A stretch of DNA of 39,446 bases from an uncultured Sphingomonadales bacterium (GCA_964547755.1 CAZJPA010000001.1:1-39446); one strand, 5' to 3'; positions 16,027 through 25,294 are shown, numbered from the stretch's first letter. Notes: generated by a model from the letters alone, not told the origin. Numbers and translations are program-made.

Positions 16027-17622
16027 TTACCGGAAGGCCGTCACGACCCAGGCGGTGGCAGCGACCAGCACGAGCGCCAGCACCCGGTAGTTCCGCCACC
16101 AGGGCTTGGCCTTGAGCTCCGCGCTTTCGGCTGTCCAGGTCTCGCGCGACCAGAGGAGATCGGCGATCGCCATTCGCTCGGGCGCCGGTGCGGTGAGGCT
16201 CGCGATCGCCAGCACCACGGCCGAGACGAGAAAGAGGATCGGCGCGACATAGAGGAAGTGGATGATCCGCTGATCCGCCCAGACCTCGTTGACGAGCAGC
16301 AGGACGATCCCGGCGATGCTGCCGACGACGAGCGCCCAATGCGCGCCGCGGGCGTTGGCGCGCGGCCAGAAGACGCCCATCACATAGAGCGCGACGATCG
16401 GCGGCACCGTGTAGGCGAGCATCACCTGAAGATAGCGAAACAGCGACTCAAAGCGGGCGATCTGCGGCGCCCAGGCGACCGCCAGCACCATGACCACAAC
16501 GGTCGTCACCTGACCGACACGCATCAGCCGATGAGCATCGAGATCGGGACGCAGGCGCCGCACGAAATCCATCGTCACGAGCGTCGAGGCGGAATTGAGC
16601 GTGGAATCGATCTGCGACATGAGCGCAGCGACGAAGCCCGCCAGCACCAGCCCCAGCATACCGGCCGGCAACAGGTCGAACATCAGTGTCGGATAGACGA
16701 GATCGGCGCGCGGCAAGTCCGGATAGAGCACGAGCGCGAAACTGCCCGGCAGCACCATGATGAACAGCACCGGCAGTTTCAGCGCACCGGCGAACAGCGC
16801 GCCGAAGCGTCCGTGATCGATCGTTTTTGCCGCAAGCACGCGCTGGACCATGAACTGATTGGCACACCAGAAATAAAAACCGAGCAGAAAGGCGCCGGTC
16901 ACGAGCCCCGGCCAGGGCATCGCCGGATCATCGGCGGGACGGATGAGGCTGAGCTTGTCGGCCGGCACGGCGGCCGTCATCGCTTCCCAGCCGCCGGCTG
17001 CCTGCCAGGCGGCCACCGAGATCACCACGGAGCCGGCGATCAGCAGCACCGCCTGCAACACATCGGTCACCATCACCGCCTTCAGCCCGCCGAAAGCCGT
17101 ATAGATGCCGGCCGCCAGCGCCAGGCCGGCGACGATCAGCGGGATCGACAGATCGGGGAAGATCATCTTCAAGATCAGACTGCCGGCATAGAGGCCGCCG
17201 GCGGTGTCCACGACGATGTTGAGAAACAGGGTCAGCCCGGCAAAATAGGTCCGCGCGCCCTGCGAGTAGCGCCGGGCGAGAAATTCCGGCATGGTGTAGA
17301 CCCGTGCCCGCAGGATCACCGGCAGAAAGAAGACCGCGAAGACGACCAGCACAACCGCCGCCATCCATTCGTAATTGTAGACCGAAATCCCGGCGCCATA
17401 GGCGTCACCCGCCAGACCGACGAGGGTGGAGCTCGAGATGTTGGAGGCAAACAGCGAAAAGCCGATCACCGGCCAGACCATGCCGCGCCCGGCAAGAAAG
17501 AAGTCTTCGGCCGTCTCGTGACGGCGGCCGAGCCAGATGCCGAGCGCGATGGTGCCGACGAGATAAAGGGCGATCACCGTCAAATCGAGCCCGCTCAGCC
17601 CATGAATCACGCCTTCCATCAT
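16027..17622 (-). CDS. Sodium:solute symporter (SSS family, SGLT-type) 2, paralogous and convergent to the first
   Basis: Family signatures are DFFLAGRGMVWPVIGFSLFASNISSSTLVGLAGDAY and TMPEFLARRYSQGARTY. I moved the start to the ATG at 17622 (MMEGVIHG..), preceded by GGAGGGAGGAG. The track ORF extends to 17757. Confidence 0.9.
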   Translation of the reverse strand: MMEGVIHGLSGLDLTVIALYLVGTIALGIWLGRRHETAEDFFLAGRGMVWPVIGFSLFASNISSSTLVGLAGDAYGAGISVYNYEWMAAVVLVVFAVFFLPVILRARVYTMPEFLARRYSQGARTYFAGLTLFLNIVVDTAGGLYAGSLILKMIFPDLSIPLIVAGLALAAGIYTAFGGLKAVMVTDVLQAVLLIAGSVVISVAAWQAAGGWEAMTAAVPADKLSLIRPADDPAMPWPGLVTGAFLLGFYFWCANQFMVQRVLAAKTIDHGRFGALFAGALKLPVLFIMVLPGSFALVLYPDLPRADLVYPTLMFDLLPAGMLGLVLAGFVAALMSQIDSTLNSASTLVTMDFVRRLRPDLDAHRLMRVGQVTTVVVMVLAVAWAPQIARFESLFRYLQVMLAYTVPPIVALYVMGVFWPRANARGAHWALVVGSIAGIVLLLVNEVWADQRIIHFLYVAPILFLVSAVVLAIASLTAPAPERMAIADLLWSRETWTAESAELKAKPWWRNYRVLALVLVAATAWVVTAFR

Positions 17623-17730
17623 CTCCTCCCTCCTGCCTTCGCCCTGTGAGCCTGCCCTATGAGTCTGCCCTGTGAAACTGTCGGCGCGGCCGGCGCCATC
17701 TTGCCGCCAGCTAAGCGGAATCCCGCGCGA

Positions 17731-17770
17731 TTTGCAAGAATTTTGCGAAATATGCACAAGGATTGCAAAA
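17731..17770. promoter_or_regulatory. AT-rich phased TGC(A/G) array in the divergent symporter-2 / amylase control region (candidate operators)
   Basis: The sequence is TTTGCAAGAATTTTGCGAAATATGCACAAGGATTGCAAAA. TGC cores start at 17733, 17744, 17753 and 17764, a spacing of 11, 9 and 11 nt. Palindromic TTGCAA hexamers sit at both ends (17732-17737 and 17763-17768). Confidence 0.4.
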
Positions 17771-17835
17771 AACCGCAGCCGCGACTAGCATTCTCCCGCG
17801 TGCGATTCGATCACCGGAAAGGGAAGACAGTCAGC

Positions 17836-20181
17836 ATGCTGGATGGCAAGGGGACGGCGAAAAGGAAGAAGACGGCGAAAAAGCGAAGGAACGGCGTCGC
17901 GGCGATGCGTTGGGCGGATCGGATGCGCCGGGCGGATCCTGCGCGGATGTCCTGCTGTTTCTCCTTCGCATTGCTGATCTTGCCGTTGCTTGCCTCCGGC
18001 CCCGGACCGGCACAGGCACAAGGAGGTGATGGCGGGTTCTCGCCCGTCACGGTGCCGGCGAATCCGATCCGTGATCCGCGCCGGGATGTCGTCTATTTCG
18101 TCATGCCCGACCGCTTCGCCAATGGCGATCCGACGAACGATCGCGGCGGGATCGCAGGCACGCGCACCGATCACGGCTTCGACCCTACCCACAAGGGCTT
18201 CTTTCACGGTGGCGATCTGAAAGGGCTGGAAGAGCGCCTCGACTACATCGCGGGGCTGGGGGCGAACGCGGTCTGGGTGACGCCGATTTTCAAGAACAAG
18301 CCGGTCCAGGGGCCGAAGGGCGCGGAATCGGCGGCCTATCACGGCTACTGGATCACCGACTTCACCCAGGTGGACCCCCATCTGGGCACGAACGCCGACT
18401 TCGCCCGGCTGGTCCGGGCGGCGCATGCGCGCGGGATGAAGGTCTTCATGGACATCGTCGTCAACCACACCGCCGACGTCATCCAATATCGCGAATGCGC
18501 GACCAGCGGCGACATCATGAGCGGCGTCCCAGCGGCCGGCTGTCCCTATCGTGCGATCGCCGACTATCCTTGGACGACGGTCGGCGGCCCCGACGGCCCG
18601 CCGATCAACGAAGGATTCCTTGGCGATGATCCGGTGCATCAGACGCCGGAGAACTTCGCGCATCTCACCGATCCGCGCTGGGCCTATACACCCTTCGTGC
18701 CGAAGTCCGAACGCCGGGTGAAGGTGCCGGGCTGGCTCAACGATCCGATCTACTACCACAACCGCGGCAATTCGACCTTTGAGGGCGAAAGCTCGACCTA
18801 TGGGGACTTCTTCGGCCTCGACGATCTCTTCACCGAACATCCGCGGGTGCGCGCCGGCATGATCGCGATCTTCCGTGACTGGATCCGGCGTTTCCGCGTG
18901 GACGGTTTCCGCATCGATACCGCCCGCCATGTAGACGATGGCTTCTGGCGGGTCTTCCTGCCGGCGATGCTGGCGGAGGCGAAAAAGAGCGGCATTCCCG
19001 ATTTCGCCATCTTCGGCGAGGTCGCGCATCACGATCCCCGCTATCTCGCCCGCTTCGTGCGCGCGGTCGGCTTTCCTGCGGTGCTCGATTTCCCGTTCGC
19101 CTATGCGGCGCGTGCAGCGATCGCCGGCACCGGCTCGCTGCGTCGGCTCGCCGATGTCTTCGCCGCCGACGACCTCTACACCGCGCCGGGCCGCGGCGCC
19201 GATCAGCTGTTCACCTTCATCGGCAATCACGACATGGGCCGCTTCGGTCATGCGATCCGCGCCGCTCTCGGCGACGATGCGGACCCGCGCGAGATGCTGG
19301 CGCGTGCGACACTCGGCCACGCCCTGCTGTTCTTCGCGCGCGGCACCCCCGTCGTCTATTACGGCGCCGAGCAGGGGTTTACCGGCGATGGCGGCGATCA
19401 GTTGGCGCGCCAGGACATGTTCGCCTCGCAAGTTGCCGTCTACAACGACGATCCGGTCATCGGGGGCGCGGTCGGGGCGACCGCGCGCGACAATTTCGAC
19501 GTCACGCACCCGCTCTATCGCCGCATCCGCGCAATGGCGAGGTTGCGGCGCAGCGCATCGGCGCTTGAGAGCGGCATTCAGATCACGCGCTTCGCCGACG
19601 ATGGGCCGGGCCTGTTCGTCTTCTCGCGCATCGATCCGCAAGCGGGCCGTGAATTCGTCGTCGCCCTCAATACCGCGCGCGAGAGGCGCACGGCCGAATT
19701 CACCACCGCCGCCGCCGGTCCCTGGGCCCTGCGGCAGGCGACAGCCGACCTCGGCGGCCGAGTCCGGGCCGAGGCCGCCGGCGATCCGGCACATCCCCGC
19801 CTCCACCTGTCCTTGCCGCCACTTTCCTATGCGGTCTTGACAGCCGAGATCGCAAAGCCGTCCAAGCTGCCGCCCCCACATGTCTCGCTGCATCTGCCGA
19901 AGCCAGGTGCGGCGGGATATGCGCGCGTGGAGATCACCGGCCCGGCGGGCGCAGCAGCGGCGCGTGGGCAGATCCCGATCACCATACGTTTTGTGGCCAC
20001 GTCCGCCGATGGCCGCCGTTGCCCGCTCGGTGAAGACCGGGCCGCGCCTTGGCGCATCTGGTGGGATCCGGCGGAAGAGCTGTGTGCTCAGGCTGTCGCG
20101 CTCACCGCAGAAGCCTTGCTGCCCGACGGCCGGGTCCAGACGGTGACAGCCCCGCTTGCGCCACCGGCAGCCGCTCCCTAG
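17836..20181 (+). CDS. Large exported GH13 alpha-amylase-family enzyme with a C-terminal extension of about 190 aa and unknown function
   Basis: GH13 motifs are [59 protein letters not shown] and FIGNHDMGRF. The hydrophobic signal core is MSCCFSFALLILPLLASGPGPAQA. I chose the ATG at 17836 because it has the best Shine-Dalgarno sequence (AAGGGAAG). The in-frame ATGs at 17905, 17923 and 17947 are alternatives. Confidence 0.88.
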   Translation: MLDGKGTAKRKKTAKKRRNGVAAMRWADRMRRADPARMSCCFSFALLILPLLASGPGPAQAQGGDGGFSPVTVPANPIRDPRRDVVYFVMPDRFANGDPTNDRGGIAGTRTDHGFDPTHKGFFHGGDLKGLEERLDYIAGLGANAVWVTPIFKNKPVQGPKGAESAAYHGYWITDFTQVDPHLGTNADFARLVRAAHARGMKVFMDIVVNHTADVIQYRECATSGDIMSGVPAAGCPYRAIADYPWTTVGGPDGPPINEGFLGDDPVHQTPENFAHLTDPRWAYTPFVPKSERRVKVPGWLNDPIYYHNRGNSTFEGESSTYGDFFGLDDLFTEHPRVRAGMIAIFRDWIRRFRVDGFRIDTARHVDDGFWRVFLPAMLAEAKKSGIPDFAIFGEVAHHDPRYLARFVRAVGFPAVLDFPFAYAARAAIAGTGSLRRLADVFAADDLYTAPGRGADQLFTFIGNHDMGRFGHAIRAALGDDADPREMLARATLGHALLFFARGTPVVYYGAEQGFTGDGGDQLARQDMFASQVAVYNDDPVIGGAVGATARDNFDVTHPLYRRIRAMARLRRSASALESGIQITRFADDGPGLFVFSRIDPQAGREFVVALNTARERRTAEFTTAAAGPWALRQATADLGGRVRAEAAGDPAHPRLHLSLPPLSYAVLTAEIAKPSKLPPPHVSLHLPKPGAAGYARVEITGPAGAAAARGQIPITIRFVATSADGRRCPLGEDRAAPWRIWWDPAEELCAQAVALTAEALLPDGRVQTVTAPLAPPAAAP

Positions 20182-20341
20182 CGTCCGCCCCACGCCCCCT
20201 GCAGTCCCTGGAATCGATCGCCGCGATCCGCCGAAGTGCTGGCTGGCGCGCGGTCCGGCGATCTGGCATGCTGGCGTGCGGAGATTATCTGCGGCCGCAG
20301 GGTTGGGTCGGCTTTGCGCGTATAGAACCCATGAGGACTGG

Positions 20342-20923
20342 ATGATGCGGCAAGCGTGGATGCGCAAGGACGAATTTCCGGCCGACGGCCGCACATGCTG
20401 CGACGAGGAGCTGGTGGCGGCTGTCGCCGGCGCGCGGGATGCGGCGGCCTTTCGCGTCCTTGTCGATCGTCATGCCGCGCCCGCCCTGCGAATCGCCGAA
20501 CGCATTCTCCAGAACCGAGCCGATGCCGAAGATGCGGTCCAGGAAGCGTTCCAGCGGCTCTGGCGCGAGGCGCGGCGCTTCCGGCCCGACCGCGGCCGGT
20601 TTCGCAATTGGTTCATCCGGGTGCTGATCAATGTCTGTCGGGATCGGCAGCGCCGGTTGCGGCGACGACCGGCGACCGGCTCCGTGGACCTGACGGCGGT
20701 GCCCGCGGACTGGCAGGGCGTCGAGCGGCTGGACCGCGTGCATGCGGTCCGCCAAGCGATTGCCGCCTTGCCCGAGCGTCAGCGATGGGCGGTGGTGCTC
20801 ACCACTTACGAGGGCCTGTCCAATCGCGAGGCGGCGAGGGCGATGGGTGTTTCCATCAAGGCCCTGGAAGCGTTGCTCGTGCGGGCGCGGCGGCATCTGG
20901 CGCTCACCCTCACGAAGGGATAA
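20342..20923 (+). CDS. ECF-type RNA polymerase sigma factor (sigma-70 family, regions 2 and 4)
   Basis: Region 2 is FRVLVDRHAAPALRIAERIL.NRADAEDAVQEAFQRLW. Region 4 is LPERQRWAVVLTTYEGLSNREAARAMGVSIKALEALLVRARRHL. The start is the ATG at 20342, preceded by GAGGA. The track ORF begins at 20156. Confidence 0.9.
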   Translation: MMRQAWMRKDEFPADGRTCCDEELVAAVAGARDAAAFRVLVDRHAAPALRIAERILQNRADAEDAVQEAFQRLWREARRFRPDRGRFRNWFIRVLINVCRDRQRRLRRRPATGSVDLTAVPADWQGVERLDRVHAVRQAIAALPERQRWAVVLTTYEGLSNREAARAMGVSIKALEALLVRARRHLALTLTKG

Positions 20924-20942
20924 GGGAAAGGACGAATAGTCC

Positions 20943-21392
20943 ATGACCGACAGGAAGGCGATGAGAATGCGGTGGATGCGGATTCGACCATGGCGCGCCG
21001 CCAGGATCCGCTTGGAAAGAAGCCGCGGTCAACCGCACCCGACCGCGGCGGCGGATAAGGATGAGCTCGCGTCCCTCCTTGCGCACTGGCCGGCCCCTCG
21101 CCCCCCCGATGCCGCCTTTCTCACCCGATTGAAGCGTATTCCGGAAGCCGACGCCGCCGCCCGGCAGAACGCCGGAACGGATGGAAACCCGATGGATGAT
21201 CTGGTCCGTTGGTGGCAGGATACCTGCCTTCGTCCCCTGATCTTGGGCCATGCGGCGCTCTTGCTGGTTGCGCTCATCGCCGGCATCGTGATCGGCAGTC
21301 TGGAGCGACGGCCGGTGATCACGCTCGACGTCACACCGCTGATCACGGCCGAGCTGCCGCTGCCCGACAGCTGGCCGGAGGGACGCATCTGA
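20943..21392 (+). CDS. Putative single-pass membrane anti-sigma factor
   Basis: The call rests on position immediately downstream of the ECF sigma gene and on one predicted transmembrane helix (LILGHAALLLVALIAGIVIG). Its stop overlaps the next gene's start. I recognise no zinc-binding HxxxCxxC motif, so the function is assigned by context only. Confidence 0.45.
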   Translation: MTDRKAMRMRWMRIRPWRAARIRLERSRGQPHPTAAADKDELASLLAHWPAPRPPDAAFLTRLKRIPEADAAARQNAGTDGNPMDDLVRWWQDTCLRPLILGHAALLLVALIAGIVIGSLERRPVITLDVTPLITAELPLPDSWPEGRI

Positions 21393-22093
21393 TGGACCGG
21401 CGCAGCCGCATCCTCCTGACCGTGACCGCCCTGTCCTTGGCGACGAATGTCTTCGTGCTCGGTCTGTGGCTGGGCGGGGCTTGGCATGGGGACAATGCCG
21501 AATCCGGCACGACGCGGCGTTTCATCGTGGACTTCACGATACCGGAAGAAGCCTTGCCGCCGGATCTGCGCGCGCCCTTCCTGGCGAAGCTGCACCATGA
21601 GAACAGCGCCTTCGCCCGGGATCTGGCCGAGCTACGCGCAGCACAGGAAGCCGTGCAGGCGGCTCTGACAGCCGAACCTTTCGACAGACAGCGGCTCGAT
21701 GCCGCCTACGCCCGTTTGCGGCGGGCCCAGGAGCGACTGCAAGCCAAGATCCAGCGCAATCTCGCAACCGCCGTGGCCGGCCTCGATCGTGAGCGCCGCC
21801 GGATGCTCGCCCAGCGGCTGCGGGCGCTCGGTGAACGACAGCGCGCGCTCATGGAACGGCGGCGGGCGTTGCAGGAGCGGCGGCGCATCCTTCATCAGGC
21901 CGGCGCAGAAGAAGCGTTCGATGACCGGCTGTTGGCGGTGCTCTCTCCCCGATACGAGCGGCTCAATACCGAATTCGCCCACCTCCAGGCCGAATTCACC
22001 CGCCTTCAGGCCGAACTGCGCGCATTGGAAGAGCGTGCCCCTCTGGAAGAGCACCCCTCCCCGGCGCCCGATCGCCCGCAGCCACCGCATTGA
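21392..22093 (+). CDS. Periplasmic CpxP/Spy/'heavy-metal-resistance'-type helical protein with a long Arg/Glu-rich coiled-coil C-terminal extension
   Basis: The ATG at 21392 overlaps the upstream TGA as TGATG. The N-terminus has a signal/anchor (MDRRSRILLTVTALSLATNVFVLGLWLGGAW). The helical core is FLAKLHHENSAFARDLAELRAAQEAVQAALTAEPFDRQRLDAAYARLRRAQERLQ. The tail repeats ERQRALMERRRALQERRRIL and EFAHLQAEFTRLQAELRALEE. The track ORF begins at 21209 in the same frame. Confidence 0.6.
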   Translation: MDRRSRILLTVTALSLATNVFVLGLWLGGAWHGDNAESGTTRRFIVDFTIPEEALPPDLRAPFLAKLHHENSAFARDLAELRAAQEAVQAALTAEPFDRQRLDAAYARLRRAQERLQAKIQRNLATAVAGLDRERRRMLAQRLRALGERQRALMERRRALQERRRILHQAGAEEAFDDRLLAVLSPRYERLNTEFAHLQAEFTRLQAELRALEERAPLEEHPSPAPDRPQPPH

Positions 22094-22119
22094 CCGTTTC
22101 GCCCCCCCGGCGGGCTTAC

Positions 22120-22147
22120 GCTATTCTTGGCTTGCTATTCTTGGCTT
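22120..22147. repeat. Perfect 14-bp tandem duplication (GCTATTCTTGGCTT x2) spanning the stop codon of the alpha/beta hydrolase gene
   Basis: I read this directly from the sequence: 22120-22133 and 22134-22147 are identical. Confidence 0.9.
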
Positions 22148-22905
22148 TCGGCCGCGACTGTCTCGAGAAGTTCCGCAAGCGTCGCTTGGAGACGCCGCAG
22201 ATCGCCCGGGCTGGAAAGGCGATGATCCCCGTCCCGCACCAGGGTGAGCGCCACATCTTCGGCCAGCAGCCGTTCCATCAGCTCGAACGACAGCTCCCAC
22301 GGCACGTCCTTGTCCCGCATGCCGTGAAGAATGCGCACCGGCACATGGATCGGGACCGGATTATAGCCCTTGAGCACGAGATGCTCTCGCGCCTCGGTGA
22401 TAAAGGCGTAGGAGATCACGAGCGGCTCCATGCCCTCCTCGGCTGCGGGCAATGTCAGATGACCATCGCGTTCGAGACGCGCGCGCTCTTCGCCTGTGAG
22501 CGCGTTCCAGATCAGCCGCTCGGTAAAATCGGGGGCCGGCGCGATCAACAGCAGGCCCCGCACCCGCTCGGGCAAACGGCGAGCGGCGAGCAGTGCCATC
22601 CAGCCGCCGAGCGAGCTGCCGACCAGGACCACCGGTCCCTCGCTCGCCGTCTCGATCACCGCGAGCGCATCCGCAAGCCAATGACCGATTCGCCCGTCCT
22701 CAAACCGGCCGGAGGAGGCGCCGTGACCGGAATAGTCCAGCCGCAGATACGCCTGTCCGCGCTTGCGGGCCCACTCGGCCAGAAAGCTGGCCTTGGTCCC
22801 GGTCATGTCCGAGCGCAGGCCTCCCAGAAACACGAGGGTCGGTGTCTCGCCCGGGACAAATTCATAGGCGATCCGGCGACCGGCGACTGCGACAAAAGAC
22901 GGCAT
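22135..22905 (-). CDS. Alpha/beta-fold hydrolase (ABHD10/esterase-like)
   Basis: It has the [13 protein letters not shown] segment, the nucleophile elbow GSSLGG and a C-terminal HG.RD..VP segment. The length is typical at 256 aa. Confidence 0.8.
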   Translation of the reverse strand: MPSFVAVAGRRIAYEFVPGETPTLVFLGGLRSDMTGTKASFLAEWARKRGQAYLRLDYSGHGASSGRFEDGRIGHWLADALAVIETASEGPVVLVGSSLGGWMALLAARRLPERVRGLLLIAPAPDFTERLIWNALTGEERARLERDGHLTLPAAEEGMEPLVISYAFITEAREHLVLKGYNPVPIHVPVRILHGMRDKDVPWELSFELMERLLAEDVALTLVRDGDHRLSSPGDLRRLQATLAELLETVAAESQE

Positions 22906-23164
22906 GACTCTGTATTCCGAGCGCGGTTCTTGGAATGTCTCAGTGCAATCTTACGGATTTTCTCACCTAGCGGATGCAGCGCCTTCTTGGCAAGCTGTGC
23001 GTTTTCGGCCGGTGCGGCAAACTGCGAGGCTTTGTCACCCGTCTTCGCGCAGACTTGACCGGGGATGTGGCGAAGGTTACTGCGGCGATCGGAAACCCGC
23101 TCAGCGCGATCTTGCGCGCAAAACAGGGCCGGGGAAAGCGGCGCCGGGCGGAATGCGAGAGAGC

Positions 23165-25111
23165 ATGGCGATGAGTGAAACGGCTGTCACCACAGATCAT
23201 GTGCGGATCACGCTTCCTGACGGCAGCGTGCGTGAATACGATCACGCGCCCACCGGCGAGGAAATCGCGCGCGACATCGGTCCGGGGTTGGCGAAAGCAG
23301 CGCTCGCCGTCAAGGTGAATGGGCAGCTGCGTGATCTTTACCTGCCGATCACCGAGGATGCGGCGGTCGAGATCGTCACCCGCAAGAGCCCCGAGGCGCT
23401 GGAGCTGATCCGCCACGATGCCGCCCATATCCTGGCCGAGGCCGTCCAGGAGCTCTACCCCGGCACGCAGGTGACCATCGGCCCCACCATCGAAGACGGC
23501 TTTTATTACGATTTCGCGCGCGACGACCCTTTCACCCCGGAGGATCTGGAGCGGATCGAGCAACGCATGCACGAGATCGTGGACCGCGCCGAACCCATCC
23601 GCCGCGAGGTCTGGGACCGGGAGGAGGCGATCCGTTTCTTCCGCTCCATCGGCGAGGACTACAAGGCCGAGATCATCGCCGATCTGCCCGCAGACGAGGA
23701 AATCTCGATCTACCGCCACGGCGAGAACTGGCTCGACCTGTGCCGCGGCCCCCACATGCCGACCTCCCGGCACACGGGGCATGCCTTCAAGCTGATGCGG
23801 ATCGCCGGGGCCTACTGGCGCGGCGATTCCCGCAATCCCATGCTCCAGCGCATCTACGGCACCGCCTGGCGCGACGAGAAGGAACTCAAGGCCTATCTCC
23901 ACCGCCTGGAGGAGGCCGAGCGCCGCGATCATCGCCGGCTCGGCAAGCAGCTCGACCTCTTCCACCTTCAAGAAGAGGCGCCGGGCATGGTTTTCTGGCA
24001 CCCCAAGGGCTGGACCATCTACCGGGCGCTTCAGGCCTACATGCGCCGCCGGCTCGATGCCGCAGGCTATCAGGAGATCAACACGCCGATGATCGTCGAT
24101 CGCTCGCTCTGGGAGCGCTCCGGTCATTGGGAGAAGTTTCGCGAGAACATGTATGCGCTCGAAATCGACGCGCGCGATTTTGCGATCAAGCCCATGAATT
24201 GTCCCTGCCATGTGCAGGTCTTCAATCGCCGTATCCACAGCTACCGCGAGCTGCCGCTGCGGCTGGCCGAATTCGGCTCCTGCCACCGCTACGAGCCGTC
24301 CGGGGCCATGCACGGGCTGATGCGGGTGCGCGGCTTCGTGCAGGACGACGCCCACATCTTCTGCATGCAAGACCAGATCGAATCCGAAACCCGGGCGTTT
24401 ACCGAGCTGCTCTTCCAGGTCTACCGCGATCTCGGATTTGCGGATGTCACCATCAAATTCGCTGACCGCCCCGAAAAACGGGCCGGATCGGACGAAACCT
24501 GGGATCGGGCCGAGGCCGCGCTGCAAGATGCCGTGCGGGCGATGGGGCTCGCAGTCGAGCACAACCCGGGCGAGGGCGCTTTCTACGGTCCCAAGCTCGA
24601 ATTCGTGCTGCGGGATGCGATCGGGCGCGATTGGCAGTGCGGCACGCTCCAGGTGGATTTCGTGTTGCCCGAACGATTGGACGCCCATTACATCGGTGCA
24701 GACGGCGAACGCCACCGCCCGGTGATGCTGCACCGGGCGATCCTGGGCTCTTTCGAACGCTTCATCGGCATTCTCATCGAGCATTATGCGGGCTGGCTGC
24801 CGCTGTGGCTGGCGCCGGTGCAGGCGGCCGTGCTGACCATCACGAGCGATGGCGACCCTTGGGCGCAAGAAGTCACAGAAGCCTTGAAAAAGGCGGGCTT
24901 GCGCGTGGAAGCCGATCTGCGCAACGAAAAAATCAGCTACAAGATCCGCGAACACACGCTCGCCAAGGTGCCGCATCTTGTCATCATCGGCCGCCGCGAG
25001 GCCGAAGAGCGGCGCGTGACCCTGCGCAGCCGCGGCGCAGAACGCCAGGAAACACTCGATCTCGACGCGCTGGTGACCAAGCTCGCAGCGGCGGCCCACC
25101 CCCCGGCATGA
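23165..25111 (+). CDS. thrS: Threonyl-tRNA synthetase
   Basis: It has an N-terminal TGS domain ([14 protein letters not shown]), then [11 protein letters not shown], the class II motifs (FWHPKGW, RMAEFG-like [32 protein letters not shown]) and an anticodon-binding C-terminus. The start is uncertain among the ATGs at 23153, 23165 and 23171. The track ORF begins at 22904. Confidence 0.95.
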   Translation: MAMSETAVTTDHVRITLPDGSVREYDHAPTGEEIARDIGPGLAKAALAVKVNGQLRDLYLPITEDAAVEIVTRKSPEALELIRHDAAHILAEAVQELYPGTQVTIGPTIEDGFYYDFARDDPFTPEDLERIEQRMHEIVDRAEPIRREVWDREEAIRFFRSIGEDYKAEIIADLPADEEISIYRHGENWLDLCRGPHMPTSRHTGHAFKLMRIAGAYWRGDSRNPMLQRIYGTAWRDEKELKAYLHRLEEAERRDHRRLGKQLDLFHLQEEAPGMVFWHPKGWTIYRALQAYMRRRLDAAGYQEINTPMIVDRSLWERSGHWEKFRENMYALEIDARDFAIKPMNCPCHVQVFNRRIHSYRELPLRLAEFGSCHRYEPSGAMHGLMRVRGFVQDDAHIFCMQDQIESETRAFTELLFQVYRDLGFADVTIKFADRPEKRAGSDETWDRAEAALQDAVRAMGLAVEHNPGEGAFYGPKLEFVLRDAIGRDWQCGTLQVDFVLPERLDAHYIGADGERHRPVMLHRAILGSFERFIGILIEHYAGWLPLWLAPVQAAVLTITSDGDPWAQEVTEALKKAGLRVEADLRNEKISYKIREHTLAKVPHLVIIGRREAEERRVTLRSRGAERQETLDLDALVTKLAAAAHPPA

Positions 25112-25294
25112 ACGTCTGCGCAGCCGTTGTTGTGACTTTTTTTCGCGATTGTGGCTTTTCGGTCACTCCCATTCGCGCAAACCTTGGGTTATGATGCCGT
25201 TTCCCGGCGCAGCAGACGCCGGGATGAGCGTGTTATGGGCTAAAGACGCAAACAGAAAAGGGAGAACCAGACAATCGCTGACGCGCGCCGCAGA

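Noticed and set aside
20210-20235. An ECF-type autoregulated promoter, GGAAT-N17-CGAA, upstream of the sigma factor gene
   Set aside because: It only loosely resembles the GGAAC-N16/17-CGTT pattern, and such a short match is expected by chance. I cannot support it without the group-specific ECF consensus or data from orthologues.
17785-20394. An 869-aa minus-strand ORF, with similar cases at 22967..25099 (710 aa), 16258..17649 (463 aa), 4518..5510 (330 aa), 7086..8474 (462 aa), 5538..6515, 13298..14248, 28829..29827, 31127..32551 and 34326..35456
   Set aside because: All are antisense to genes with strong homology signatures: the amylase, thrS, the second symporter, the alpha-glucosidase, the LacI and halogenase-2 genes, the CGTase-like gene, MipA, the 695-aa hydrolase and the kinase. 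They are high-GC shadow ORFs.
22906-23164. A regulatory leader for thrS (T-box or an E. coli-like operator mimic)
   Set aside because: I could not identify a specifier or T-box sequence, or an anticodon-arm-like hairpin, by eye. The region is probably just the divergent promoters for thrS and the alpha/beta hydrolase gene.
25112-25166. An intrinsic terminator for thrS at the T7 run (25137-25143)
   Set aside because: There is no convincing GC-rich stem immediately upstream of the T-run. The only pairing is a 5-bp match between GTGAC and GTCAC that encloses the T-run itself. This may instead be part of the infC promoter or leader.
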